Notes: generated by a model not told the origin, from the sequence alone. A DNA stretch of 64,000 nt from an uncultured Chitinophagaceae bacterium (GCA_963790435.1 CAWBOI010000006.1:97758-161757); one strand, 5' to 3'. Positions 9,289 through 20,306 are shown, counted from the first letter of the stretch. Translations and numbers: made by a program.

Positions 9289-11046
9289 TTATTCTTCGTT
9301 TTTCTTTCTTCTTTTCTCGTTACTGTTTTGCGTATAAACTGCTTTTGCTTTTGTTATCAAATCAAGAAATTCTTTTTCTGAAATACTGCTTTTGTCATAG
9401 CTGTTGCGGGCAAGGCTTTCAACTGTATTCCAGTTATAATTCATAGCAAATTTTGAATGCTTCAGCAAGCTTCCAAACATGCAAACGGCAGTAGCAAAAC
9501 GAAGATTGTTTTGTGCAGAATCGAAAGGAATACAGGCTGAAGCCGCAGTAAATTCCTTTACTTGTTCAACGCCATTTTGCGACAACCAATAATGCATTTG
9601 CAAAGTGGCTAATGATTGCTGATTGCTGATTGTTGTTGGTTCAATTTGAAACAAGAGTAAAGTGCTTTGCCCGCTGCCAATATCGCCACCCTCTGATAGT
9701 ATTGTATCGCCTGATGCATCTTTGCGGTTGTCGTAGCCAATCAGCCGGTAGCGCTTTACGCTTGCTTCATTAAAAAGAATCTTCAACCAGGCATTGTTAG
9801 CAACCGCATACAGGTTTTTTGCAAACTCTGTAACCATTGTTTTTTGCGCTTCCTGCATATTGTCAAGATAAGCAAAATTGCCGTTGCCGGTTTTAGCAAG
9901 CATTTCCAAACGACTGTCTTTGTAATTGCCCATTCCAGTGCCGAGGCAGGTTAAATAAATCCCTTTCTGTTTGTGAAAGTTCACAATGGCTTCCAATTCT
10001 TTATCTGAGGTCTGACCAATATTAAAATCACCATCAGTTGCCAGTATCACACGATTGTTGCTTTTGGAATCGGCAATTTTTTCAGCCAGTTCGTAAGCTG
10101 TTTGAATAGCCTGCGAACCTGGCGTATCACCATCAGCGTGCAAGCCATCAATCACATGAATAATTTTTTCTTTTTCAGCGCCCGATGTGGGCTGCAATGC
10201 AATGCCAACAAAGCCTCCGTAAGTAACAATGCCAACTGTGTCCTGCGCTCTTAAATTGTTTACTAAGTATGTAAAGGCAGCCTGCACAAGCGGCAAACGA
10301 TTGTCTTTATCCATCGAGCCGGATACATCAATCAGGAAAATAAATTTTGCTGGTGGAACGTTTTTAAAATCGAGTTTGGGAGCATGAATATTTATAAATA
10401 ACAACTGGCTGCTATCGTTCCAGGGACAGGTGGTTAAGCTCGTTTCAAACCGAAACTCTTTAGGGGTTGCATCCGTATTTGTTTTATTAAGATTGAAATA
10501 ATTCAACATCTCTTCAATGCGCACACCATCGGCAGGCACTGTGGTTTTCATGTTTAAAAACCTGCGGATATTGCTGTACGATGCGCTGTTGATGTTGAGC
10601 GCAATGCTTGTTTCGGGTGCCGTTGCCGAACTGACAAAATCATTTTCAGCAAGCGATGTATAAGTTTCATCGCCATAAAAAACAGTGGTTGCCGGTTTGT
10701 TGTTGGAAATGCTTTTGGTTAATGAAAACAAACCTTTACCGGCTTGATTATTGCGGCTTTGCACCGGCTGTAAAACAAGAGTTTGAAATGTGTTGACCGT
10801 TACCCATTGCGTTAAGGTATCATAACCCTCAAGCATAACAGTGATGGAATCTTGCTTTACAGAAAGAGGAATGCCAAAGCCGCCCGATGAGCCACTGTTA
10901 AACTGTGCATTGCCTTTTGATTTCAGCTTGATTTTTGCAAACGCAATAGCATTGCCCTGCGTATCTTTAATTTCGCCCCGAAAAAAATATTGGCTGAAAA
11001 GAGACGTAGATAACAGGCAAAACAATATGAAAAGAATGCTTTTCAA
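9289..11046 (-). CDS. VWA domain protein (YfbK-like, DUF3520) with an N-terminal carboxypeptidase-regulatory-like domain
   Basis: MIDAS motif DVSGS, VRIEEMLNYF, VILATDGDFNIG, YRLIGYDNR; TTG start at 11046 gives the signal peptide MKSILFILFCLL. Confidence 0.85.
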   Translation of the reverse strand: MKSILFILFCLLSTSLFSQYFFRGEIKDTQGNAIAFAKIKLKSKGNAQFNSGSSGGFGIPLSVKQDSITVMLEGYDTLTQWVTVNTFQTLVLQPVQSRNNQAGKGLFSLTKSISNNKPATTVFYGDETYTSLAENDFVSSATAPETSIALNINSASYSNIRRFLNMKTTVPADGVRIEEMLNYFNLNKTNTDATPKEFRFETSLTTCPWNDSSQLLFINIHAPKLDFKNVPPAKFIFLIDVSGSMDKDNRLPLVQAAFTYLVNNLRAQDTVGIVTYGGFVGIALQPTSGAEKEKIIHVIDGLHADGDTPGSQAIQTAYELAEKIADSKSNNRVILATDGDFNIGQTSDKELEAIVNFHKQKGIYLTCLGTGMGNYKDSRLEMLAKTGNGNFAYLDNMQEAQKTMVTEFAKNLYAVANNAWLKILFNEASVKRYRLIGYDNRKDASGDTILSEGGDIGSGQSTLLLFQIEPTTISNQQSLATLQMHYWLSQNGVEQVKEFTAASACIPFDSAQNNLRFATAVCMFGSLLKHSKFAMNYNWNTVESLARNSYDKSSISEKEFLDLITKAKAVYTQNSNEKRRKKNEE

Positions 11047-11230
11047 AAAGCATATTTTGGCACAAAGTAAAATATTCTGCACATGCAACAAAAACAGTTA
11101 TGCACGTTATGTAAGTAAACTCTGTTTGTTATTGAATGAGTTGTAAAACTTGCTGTTTATCATCCTCATTTTGGTTGAAGCGGCAATTCATATACTTTTA
11201 CCTTTTTTTAAATTTCGATATTCTGTTTTC

Positions 11231-12700
11231 ATGATTTTAATTGTTGATGATAAACGTGAAAATATTCTCTCTTTAAAAAAAATTCTTGAGATTAACGATT
11301 TTAAGGTTGATACCGCTTTATCGGGCGAAGAAGCTTTATTAAAAATTCTGAAGAATCATTATTTTCTTATCATTTTAGACGTACAAATGCCTGGCATGGA
11401 TGGCTTTGAAGTGGCTGAAGCCATTAGCGGAACCAGCCGTACCAAAGACATTCCTATCATTTTTTTATCAGCCGTAAATGTTGAAAAAAAGTTCATTACC
11501 AAAGGGTATGCTTCCGGTGCTATAGATTACATCACCAAGCCATTCGATCCTGACATTCTTATTTTAAAAGTAAAAACGTTTTACCGGCTTTACACGCAAA
11601 CGCAGGCTTTAAATGCTACGCAAAATTCGTTGCGCGAAGAAATAGAAGTGCGCAAAGGCGTGCAACTGCAACTGAAAGAAAGAAACCGCGAACTGCAATC
11701 TATTTTGGAAAGCATTCCGCAAATTGCGTTTACTGCAAAGCCCGATGGAAATATTGAATTTGTAAACGAACATTGGTACGATTATTCAGCCGATGGTACT
11801 GAATTTCCAAAACTTCCTGATGGTCAGATGAATGCCCGGGCACAATGGCAAAAAGCCATCAGTGATGGTAACGATGTGGAATTAGAGCTGAACATTTGCA
11901 AGCGCAATACCGATGCTTCGCGCTGGCATTTGCTGCGTGCCATTCCTATTAAAGAAGGCGAGACTATTACGAAATGGGTGGGAACGTTCACTGATATTGA
12001 AGAGCAAAAAAAAGCACTCGATAAAAAAGATGAGTTCATCAGCATTGCCAGCCATGAATTGAAAACGCCGCTCACCAGCATTAAAGCTTATGTGCATTTG
12101 CTGCATTCTGCCATAAATGATGAATCGAAAGAGCAGGCAAAAATGTTTATCAACCGAACCGAAAAGCAAATTGATAAGTTGTATTTGCTCATTGCCGATT
12201 TGCTCGATATTTCTAAAATTGAAAGTGGCAAACTAAAGTTTAATAAGCAATGGTTTAATTTTAAAACCTTGTTGAATAGTGCTATTGAATCAACAAAACA
12301 AACCTATCCGCGCAGTAAAATATTGATAAAAGGAAACCCTGATGTAAATGTGTTTGGGGATGACATGCGCATCGAACAAGTGCTCATTAATTATTTAAGC
12401 AACGCAGTAAAATATTCACCCGAAAATGATAATGTGGAAGTAGATATTGATACATCGCGTAAAGAAAGAATAAAGGTTTTGGTTCGTGATTTTGGAATTG
12501 GTATTGCGTCCGACAACCAGCGTGATATTTTTAAAAAGTTTTACCGTGCCGAAGCTTCTTCTAACCGCTTCCAGGGCTTGGGCATTGGCTTGTACATTTG
12601 CTCTGAAATCGTCAAACGGCACAATGGCGATTTTGGCGTGGAAAGCAAGCTGGGCGAGGGCTCTACGTTTTATTTCGACATCCCGTTGCAATCAGATTGA
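11231..12700 (+). CDS. Hybrid sensor kinase REC-PAS-HisKA-HATPase
   Basis: LIVDD...ILDVQMP receiver, PAS (FVNEHWYDYS), H-box ASHELKTPL, N/G boxes; start at ATG 11231. Confidence 0.92.
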   Translation: MILIVDDKRENILSLKKILEINDFKVDTALSGEEALLKILKNHYFLIILDVQMPGMDGFEVAEAISGTSRTKDIPIIFLSAVNVEKKFITKGYASGAIDYITKPFDPDILILKVKTFYRLYTQTQALNATQNSLREEIEVRKGVQLQLKERNRELQSILESIPQIAFTAKPDGNIEFVNEHWYDYSADGTEFPKLPDGQMNARAQWQKAISDGNDVELELNICKRNTDASRWHLLRAIPIKEGETITKWVGTFTDIEEQKKALDKKDEFISIASHELKTPLTSIKAYVHLLHSAINDESKEQAKMFINRTEKQIDKLYLLIADLLDISKIESGKLKFNKQWFNFKTLLNSAIESTKQTYPRSKILIKGNPDVNVFGDDMRIEQVLINYLSNAVKYSPENDNVEVDIDTSRKERIKVLVRDFGIGIASDNQRDIFKKFYRAEASSNRFQGLGIGLYICSEIVKRHNGDFGVESKLGEGSTFYFDIPLQSD

Positions 12701-12780
12701 AGAGTTTGTTTTTGCCCGAATTTTTCAACTAACGAAACAACATTTGCGTTTGCAAATTTTGTTTTTCATATCAATGATCT

Positions 12781-15700
12781 ATGCCAAATAAAATGAAACG
12801 AAACTTGCAAAGAGGGTTTGGTCTTTCTTTGTTGGTTCTCATCATCAGTTCAGTTGCTTCGTACATTAGCATTCAAAAGTTAAGCAATCAGGCAGAGTGG
12901 GTAAACCATACCAATGTCGTCATTCAAAAAGCTGAAAAAGCATTTTCTTTATTAAAAGATGCCGAATCGGGACAGCGTGGGTATTTGCTTACAGGCAGCA
13001 CTATTTTTCTAATGCCGTTTACAAATGCCAAAAATGAAGATTTTTGGAGTAATTGATACGCTCACCACTTTAACCAAGGACAACGATAAACAACAAATTA
13101 ATTGCAGGCAACTGAGCCTGTTGTTCCAACGCCGCTTTAGTAAGCTGGAGCAACTTATTCATCAGCAGGAAACTGGTGTTATCATACAAGGTTCGCAGTT
13201 GATGGAAGGTCAGCAAACTATGGACAGTACCCGTGAAATCGTTTCCACTGTTGAATCTGAAGAAAAAAGGTTACTGGCAATACGTTCCCAAAGCTTTACT
13301 TTTTTTTCTTGGCTCACGCCTTTCATTCTTGTTATCACCGCACTTTCTGCGCTTTTAATTACTATTTTTTTTTACCGTAAGGTTTTAGGCGATTATGAAA
13401 TTCGTTTGGCATTGCAGCGGTCATTGGAAAAGAATGAAAAAGAAACAGTAGCCCGCATTGAGATGATTGAAAACATTGCAGCACAGGTGTCGGCAGGCGA
13501 TTATAAAGTTCGCATCAGCGATGTTGAAAAAGACAGCCTTGGCAAGCTGGGCGCTTCGCTGAATAAAATGGCGGCTGGTTTGGAAACATCGTTTGAAGAC
13601 TTAAAAAAACGCGAATGGATGAAGAATGGTTTGGCATTGGTAAACGAGCAAATGATAGGTGAAAAAGAAATCAATACGCTCTCAAAAAATGTAATTAACA
13701 GCTTAGCCAATTATACATCAAGTATTGCAGCAGCCATATATGTTTGCGAAAACAGCATGTTTCAATTGACGGCCAGCCTGGGCCTCGACGATAAACTAAA
13801 AAAATCTTTCAATAATGGTGAAGGTTTGGTAGGTAAATGTGCTGATGAAAAAAAGATGCTTCATCTCAGCAACCTGCCACAAAATGATATTGTTGTAAGC
13901 TATGCAACCGGCAATATAAAACCAGAAAATCTGGTACTTTTTGCTGCAATTTGGGAGAATGATGTAAAAGCCATTGTTGAATTAGCTTCCATTGAGCCTT
14001 ATTCAAATGAAGCCATTGAATTTTTTGAAACAATTGCTTCCAACATCGGCTTATCAATTGAAAGTGCAAAACAAAATGCAAAGCTGCAACTGTTGTTGAG
14101 CGAAACACAGGCTCAATCCGAAGAATTGCAGATGCAGCAACATGAGCTGGAGCATTTGAATGCCGATTTGGAAACGCAGGCGCAAAAGCTACAAGTATCG
14201 GAAGAAGAGCTGAAAGTGCAGCAGGAAGAGTTGCTGCAAGCCAACCAGGAACTGGAAGAACGCAGCTCGATGCTGGAAGAAAAAAACCAAATGATTGTTG
14301 AGCGAAATTTAGAAATACAAAAAAAAGCCGAAGAACTCGAAACCACTACCAAATACAAAAGCGAGTTTCTCGCCAATATGTCGCATGAGCTTCGCACACC
14401 GCTCAATTCCATTTTGTTATTGTCAAGATTGCTCGCAGAAAACAACGAAAAAAATCTTACCAAGGAACAGGAAGAATTTGCAAGAGTGATTCAAAATTCA
14501 GGCAATGGATTGCTCACTTTAATTGATGAGATTTTGGATTTATCCAAAATTGAAGCCGGCAAAATGAAGGTTGAATTCAGAGATGTGAATGTGGCTGAAG
14601 TAAGCAACAATCTCACTTCATTGTTTGCGCCTTTGGCAAAAGAGAAAGGACTTTCCTTCACCATTCACGCTGATGAAGATGTGCCGCAAAGTATTGTTAC
14701 CGATTCATTGCGGCTTGAACAAATTTTGAAGAATTTGTTATCGAATGCCATCAAATTTACATCGAGGGGAAGTGTATCTATGCAAGTAAAAAAATATGGG
14801 CAAAACCAAATTCAGTTCTCTGTAATGGATACGGGTATTGGCATTGCCGACGACAAGCAACACTTAGTGTTTGAAGCGTTTCAGCAGGCAGATGGCTCAA
14901 CACGGCGCAAGTATGGCGGCACAGGTTTAGGCTTGTCAATCAGCCGCGAGTTAGCCAAATTATTAGGGGGTGAAATTACATTGCAGAGTGAAGTAAAAAA
15001 GGGAAGCGCATTTTCACTTGTAATACCTGTTAATGCAAAAGTTCAACCCATCGCTGAAGAAACAACGGTTCCTCCTTCTCTCGCACAATTAAAGCCTTTT
15101 CAGCCTGCTGTTAAGGAAGAAAAGATAGCTCCTTCCAACGATTCGCAAACCGTGTTTGATGACAGAGATAACATTAAGCCAGGTGATAAAGTGATATTGA
15201 TTGTGGAAGATGATACGACGTTTGCACAAACGCTTCTTTCATTTGCTCATTCCAACAATTATAAAGGGCTAATTGCATCGCGTGGCGACCACGGTGTGCA
15301 GTTGGCTTTGCAATATTTGCCAACAGCTATTTTGCTTGATATAAGGCTGCCGGTTAAAGACGGCTGGCAAGTGATGGATGAACTAAAAACAAATGCGGCT
15401 ACAAGGCATATTCCGGTGCACATGATGTCGTCAATGCAGGCAAAGGACGAAAGCTTAGAGCGTGGCGCTATTGATTTTATTGATAAACCAATGGCACTTG
15501 ACAAACTGCCGGAAGTGTTTAATAAAATTGAAGAGGCATTGCAACAAGGTCCGAAGAAAATTTTGATTGTTGAAGAAAATGAAAAACATGCGCAGGCATT
15601 GTGCTATTTTTTGGAATCATACAACATCAATGTGAAAGGAACACAGGAAATAACTGAAGCAGCAACCATTTTAAAAGATGGAAGTGCGGATTGTGTTGTA

Positions 15701-16358
15701 TTGGAAATGAAAGTATTTGCCGACAATGGTTATGGCGCATTGGAGAACATAAAAAATACGGATGGTTTAGAGCAATTGCCCATTATTATTTTTACTGGTA
15801 AAAGTCTTATCAAAAGGAGAAGAGGCACGCATTAAACAAGTGGCAGATTCCATCGTTGTAAAAACAGCCAATTCCTACAAACGAATTTTGGATGAGATAG
15901 ATGTATTTCTTCAGATTGTTGAAGAAAACGATCCTAACAAAACCAAAAAAACCACACGCCGGTTAAGCGCTTTGGAACCGGTATTGCAAAATAAAACAGT
16001 GCTGATTGCTGATGATGATGTACGCAACATTTACTCTCTTACCAAAGCCTTAGAAGCGCATAAAATGACTGTTATTTCGGCAACGGATGGTAAGGATGCG
16101 CTGGAACAATTAAAGCAAAACCCAAAAGTAAATTTGATTTTGATGGATATGATGATGCCCGAAATGGACGGCTACGAAGCCACACAAACCATCCGCAAAA
16201 TGCCGCAATACCGAAACCTTCCTATTCTTGCTGTTACGGCAAAAGCGATGTATGGCGACAGGGAAAAGTGCATCCAGGCAGGTGCTTCGGATTATATTTC
16301 AAAACCCATTGATGTTGATCAGTTGATTTCATTATTGCGTGTTTGGTTGTATCAATAA
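12781..16358 (+). CDS. CHASE3-HAMP-GAF-HisKA-HATPase-REC-REC-REC hybrid kinase with two +1 frameshifts (about 13030-13034 and about 15809)
   Basis: CHASE3 DAESGQRGYLLTG, H-box MSHELRTPL, GGTGLGL and three receiver domains. The three ORFs join as NAK/MKIFG and FTGKSL/SKGEEARIKQVADS. Confidence 0.85.
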
Positions 16359-16361
16359 ACA

Positions 16362-16458
16362 TTTGAACCACAAAGACTCAAAGTAAAAAAGTTGCACAAA
16401 GATTCTTATTTTATATCCTTCGTGAACCTTTATGTTCTCTGTGCCTTTGTGGTTCAAA
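16362..16458. repeat. REP-like inverted repeat element
   Basis: tttgaaccacaaag ... ctttgtggttcaaa, perfect 14-bp terminal arms around a degenerate cacaaag-type core. Confidence 0.75.
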
Positions 16459-16542
16459 GGTTTGTTTTTGCACCAATTTTCATTGCTTCAATCACAAATC
16501 ATAAATCTAAAATCATCAATCATAAATCAGTACCGCCGTTCC

Positions 16543-16550
16543 TAACTTTG
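16543..16550 (+). promoter_or_regulatory. Bacteroidota -7 element (dusB)
   Basis: TAACTTTG 5 nt before the ATG, implying a very short or nearly leaderless mRNA. Confidence 0.6.
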
Positions 16551-16555
16551 CTTTA

Positions 16556-17551
16556 ATGAACATTGGAAATATACTACTGCCCGATTTCCCATTGCTTTTG
16601 GCGCCAATGGAAGATGTAAGCGATCCGCCGTTTCGTGCTGTGTGCAAAGCGGCTGGCGCCGATTTGATGTACACTGAATTTATCAGCAGTGAAGGTTTGA
16701 TTCGGAATGCCATCAAAAGCAAGCAAAAGCTGGATATTTATGAAGAAGAACGACCCGTTGGCATTCAAATTTTTGGTGGTGATGAAGAAGCGATGGCCAT
16801 GAGCGCACGCATTGTAGATGCCGTGAATCCCGATTTAGTAGATATTAATTTTGGCTGTCCTGTAAAAAAAGTAGTGTGCAAAGGAGCAGGCGCAGCCGTG
16901 TTGAAAGATGTAGATTTAATGGTGCGATTGACGAAAGCGGTTGTACAAAGCACGGGCAAGCCTGTTACCGTAAAAACGCGTTTGGGTTGGGATGAAGATT
17001 CAAAAAACATTGAAGAAGTTGCACTTCGCTTACAGGATGTGGGCATACAGGCACTTTCCATTCATGGCAGAACGCGCTCTCAGATGTACAAAGGTGAAGC
17101 GGACTGGCGTTTGATTGCAGCGGTAAAAAACAATCCTGCCATTCACATTCCTATCTTTGGTAATGGCGATATTGATAGCCCGCAAAAAGCGTTAGAATAC
17201 AAAAACAAATATGGTGTTGATGGCATTATGATTGGTCGTGCTGCCATTGGTTATCCCTGGATTTTTAATGAAATCAAACAGTACCTGCAAACTGGCGAAA
17301 CGCTTGCTCCGCCTACGATTCAGCAACGCATTGAAGTGATCAAACAACATCTTTATAAATCGGTTGGCTGGAAAGGTGAAGTGCTGGGTGTATTAGAAAT
17401 GCGACCGCATTATTCCAACTATTTAAAAGGCTATCCCAACATTAAAGAGTTCAGGCAAAAGCTCGTTCAGTTGTCATCAGTGCATCACATTATTGAAGTA
17501 TTGGAAGAAATTGAACAGCATTATTCAGTTAACGAAATGGTGGAAGTATAA
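16556..17551 (+). CDS. dusB: tRNA dihydrouridine synthase DusB
   Basis: LAPMEDV, DINFGCPVKKV, HGRTRSQMY, GNGDI, IGRAAIG. Confidence 0.95.
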   Translation: MNIGNILLPDFPLLLAPMEDVSDPPFRAVCKAAGADLMYTEFISSEGLIRNAIKSKQKLDIYEEERPVGIQIFGGDEEAMAMSARIVDAVNPDLVDINFGCPVKKVVCKGAGAAVLKDVDLMVRLTKAVVQSTGKPVTVKTRLGWDEDSKNIEEVALRLQDVGIQALSIHGRTRSQMYKGEADWRLIAAVKNNPAIHIPIFGNGDIDSPQKALEYKNKYGVDGIMIGRAAIGYPWIFNEIKQYLQTGETLAPPTIQQRIEVIKQHLYKSVGWKGEVLGVLEMRPHYSNYLKGYPNIKEFRQKLVQLSSVHHIIEVLEEIEQHYSVNEMVEV

Positions 17552-17651
17552 GGTTTGTTTTTGTCCCTTTTTTAAAAGAAAGCAAACAGAATTTTTTGCT
17601 GAAAAAAGCCTCATCTTCTTTAACAGTGACAAACCAACAACAGCACTATTT

Positions 17652-19223
17652 ATGAAGAGATATATCGTTTACAAAAGCCATCTTTTTTATCACTTATTAC
17701 TTGTTGTTTTTTGTGCTATAACTCATTCTTCCATTGCTCAAAATCAACAAGCAACTTATCAGCCGCCACGATTTACTGATACCAATCGTCTTCAAAAAAT
17801 TGAAGCTACGTTCGCAGTTGCAGATAGTATTTTTAAAGCTTATTCAGTAAAGAATCATTTTCCTGCCACTGCTTTTGGGTTGGTGGTGGATGGTAAACTG
17901 GTTCATTCGAATGCGTTTGGTTTTACCGATATTTCAAAGAGAACAAAAGCAACACCTGCCTCCCTTTTTCGCATTGCTTCTATGACCAAAAGCTTCACTG
18001 CAATGGCAATCATAAAGCTGCGCGATGAAGGCAAGTTATCACTTGACGACCCGGCTTATAAATACATCCCCGAAATGAAATCGCTGCACTACTTAACCAG
18101 CGATGCGCCACCCATCACTATTCGTCATTTGCTCTCTCATGCAACTGGTTTTCCTGAAGACAATCCCTGGGGCGACAGGCAGTTGGAAGACAGTGATGAA
18201 CAGCTTATGGCTTTAATAAAAAATGGTGTTTCTTTTTCCAACGTTCCCGGCGTGGCTTATGAATACAGCAATCTTGCTTTTGCCTTGCTTGGGCACATTG
18301 TTACCCACGTTTCGGGCAAGCCGTATCAGCAATACATAACTGAAAATATATTGCAGCCTTTGGGCATGACGCACACGCAATGGGAATATACAAAAGTTCC
18401 ACCTGAGCAATTGGCACATGGCTATCGCTGGTTGAACAACCAATGGATTGAACAACCGTTGTTGCATGATGGCTCTTATGGGGCAATGGGCGGTTTGATT
18501 ACTTCAATAGAAGATTTTAGTAAGTACATTGCCTTGCATCAATCAGCCACACCACCAACGAACGGCGAAGAAACGGGACCCGTAAAAAGAAGTTCGCTAC
18601 GCGAGATGCAGCAGCCCTGGAACATCAACACTTTATCGCCCCGTTATCAATTTCCTAATGGTAGAGAATGTGCCACCATTTCGGCGTATTGCTATGGCTT
18701 GCGTTGGATGAAGGATTGCGATAACAAAACTTATGTCGGGCACAGTGGCGGCTTACCTGGCTTTGGCAGCGAATGGAAAATTATGCCTGAATACGGCATT
18801 GGCATTGTGTCGTTTGCCAATCTTACTTATGCTCCGATGGGTGTTGTGAATTTACAAGTGTTAGATACGATTATAAAGCTTGCACAATTGCAGCCGGGGC
18901 AATTACCTCCATCACAAGTTTTACAGCAGCGAAGAGATGCATTGATAAAGTTGTTGCCTTCATGGAAAGGAGCGCAGCAAAGCAGCTTGTTTGCTCAGAA
19001 TTTTTTTATGGATTACCCGATGGATTCGTTGCAAAAAGAAGCGGCAACCATTTTTGGAAATGCAGGAAAAATAATAAAGATTGGTGATGTGGCACCCTTA
19101 AACCAACTGCGTGGAAGCTTTGTTGTTGAAGGAGAGAAGAAGAATATTCAAATCAACTTTACTCTAACGCCCGAAAACCCACCGAAGATTCAGGAGTATC
19201 ACATCAAGCAAATAGAGAAATGA
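17652..19223 (+). CDS. Serine hydrolase (class C beta-lactamase/PBP-like family)
   Basis: SxxK (SMTK), YxN (YSN), HSG motif and a signal peptide; start set at ATG 17652. Confidence 0.88.
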   Translation: MKRYIVYKSHLFYHLLLVVFCAITHSSIAQNQQATYQPPRFTDTNRLQKIEATFAVADSIFKAYSVKNHFPATAFGLVVDGKLVHSNAFGFTDISKRTKATPASLFRIASMTKSFTAMAIIKLRDEGKLSLDDPAYKYIPEMKSLHYLTSDAPPITIRHLLSHATGFPEDNPWGDRQLEDSDEQLMALIKNGVSFSNVPGVAYEYSNLAFALLGHIVTHVSGKPYQQYITENILQPLGMTHTQWEYTKVPPEQLAHGYRWLNNQWIEQPLLHDGSYGAMGGLITSIEDFSKYIALHQSATPPTNGEETGPVKRSSLREMQQPWNINTLSPRYQFPNGRECATISAYCYGLRWMKDCDNKTYVGHSGGLPGFGSEWKIMPEYGIGIVSFANLTYAPMGVVNLQVLDTIIKLAQLQPGQLPPSQVLQQRRDALIKLLPSWKGAQQSSLFAQNFFMDYPMDSLQKEAATIFGNAGKIIKIGDVAPLNQLRGSFVVEGEKKNIQINFTLTPENPPKIQEYHIKQIEK

Positions 19224-19259
19224 GTTTGTGTTTGATGGTAACTGCTAACTTTTTATAAT

Positions 19260-19292
19260 AGACCTATAAGGTTTTTAAAACCTTATAGGTCT
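19260..19292. repeat. REP-like palindrome
   Basis: agacctataaggtttt-t-aaaaccttataggtct. Confidence 0.8.
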
Positions 19293-19323
19293 TGTCTGTT
19301 TACGAAGTGAATAATTGTTGTAA

Positions 19324-19361
19324 AAACAAAAGCCTCCCGACATGTCGGGAGGCTTTTGTTT
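19324..19361. terminator. Bidirectional intrinsic terminator after nusG
   Basis: aaacaaaagcctcccgac-at-gtcgggaggcttttgttt. Confidence 0.88.
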
Positions 19362-19383
19362 CGTAAGATCAGATAATTTTTAT

Positions 19384-19986
19384 TTAATTGAGTTTTTCAA
19401 CCTGCATGTAATTCAGTTCAACAGGAGTGGAGCGACCAAAGATTTTTACGGATACTTTCAGTTTCTTTTTTTCATCGTTAATTTCTTCAATCACACCATT
19501 GAAATCGTTAAAGGGTCCTTCAATGATTTTGATGGTTTCTCCAATAATGAAAGGCTCACTTAAGGTTGCGCCTTGGTCGTTCATTTCATCCACTTTTCCA
19601 AGCATCCTGATCACTTCAGTTCTGCGAAGCGGAATGATATTGCCTTTGCTTCCGGTGCCATCGGTTAAGAAGTGCATTACGTTGGTTAAGTTGCTGATGT
19701 ACTGAATCATATCATCATTCAACTTTCCGCTCGCCACTTCCAGAAACAGATACCCAGGGTAGTTGTTTCTTTCGCGCATTACTTTTTTACCGTTCAGTAC
19801 TTTATATACTTTTTCCTGAGGTAAAAAAACCTGCTTTACAATGTTGCTCCAGCCATTGCGGGCGATGTCCTTATCCAAATATTCTTTTACTTTTCTTTCT
19901 TTGCCACTTACCACACGCAAGGCATACCACTTGGTGTCGGCTTCCTGTGGTTGCACTTGTGCATCTTGTTCTATCACGTTTTCCAT
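19384..19986 (-). CDS. nusG: Transcription termination/antitermination factor NusG
   Basis: WYALRVVSGKE, YPGYLF, KOW GETIKIIEGPF, IFGRSTPVEL. Confidence 0.97.
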   Translation of the reverse strand: MENVIEQDAQVQPQEADTKWYALRVVSGKERKVKEYLDKDIARNGWSNIVKQVFLPQEKVYKVLNGKKVMRERNNYPGYLFLEVASGKLNDDMIQYISNLTNVMHFLTDGTGSKGNIIPLRRTEVIRMLGKVDEMNDQGATLSEPFIIGETIKIIEGPFNDFNGVIEEINDEKKKLKVSVKIFGRSTPVELNYMQVEKLN

Positions 19987-19992
19987 ATTCTT

Positions 19993-20190
19993 TTACTTTT
20001 GAAACAAAGAATAAATAAACTTCAGCAGCCAACCGCTTGCTAAGTCCATCACCCCTACAACGGCAGTGATTAATATTGTGGCAACCAAAACAATAACGGT
20101 TGATTGTTGCAATTCATTCCATGTGGGCCAGGTTACTTTCTCAACCAGTTCGTGATACGATTCTTTAAAATAAAGAGAGATTTTATTCAC
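19993..20190 (-). CDS. secE: Preprotein translocase SecE
   Basis: ELVEKVTWP motif plus one TM helix, located between tRNA-Trp and nusG. Confidence 0.95.
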   Translation of the reverse strand: MNKISLYFKESYHELVEKVTWPTWNELQQSTVIVLVATILITAVVGVMDLASGWLLKFIYSLFQK

Positions 20191-20234
20191 TTCGTTCGAT
20201 TAACAATTAACAATAAGTCAATTTACAATAGCTG

Positions 20235-20306
20235 CACGGGTACTAGGATTCGAACCCAGATCGAAGGTTTTGGAGACCTCTATACTAACCGTTGTACGAT
20301 ACCCGT
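20235..20306 (-). tRNA. tRNA-Trp(CCA)
   Basis: ACGGGTA/TACCCGT acceptor stem, anticodon loop CT-CCA-AA, T loop TTCGAAT. Confidence 0.95.

Noticed and set aside
9630-9650. gttggttcaa as the partner end of a second cassette
   Set aside because: It lies inside the VWA coding sequence 52 kb away, so it is a chance match.
9289-11091. ORF-track starts for several genes (9289-11091, 4278, 11150, 17493, 43112, 49270, 50087, 52091, 55095, 57876, 59806)
   Set aside because: The upstream extensions run through promoters, repeats or neighbouring genes. Downstream starts give proper signal peptides or domain boundaries.
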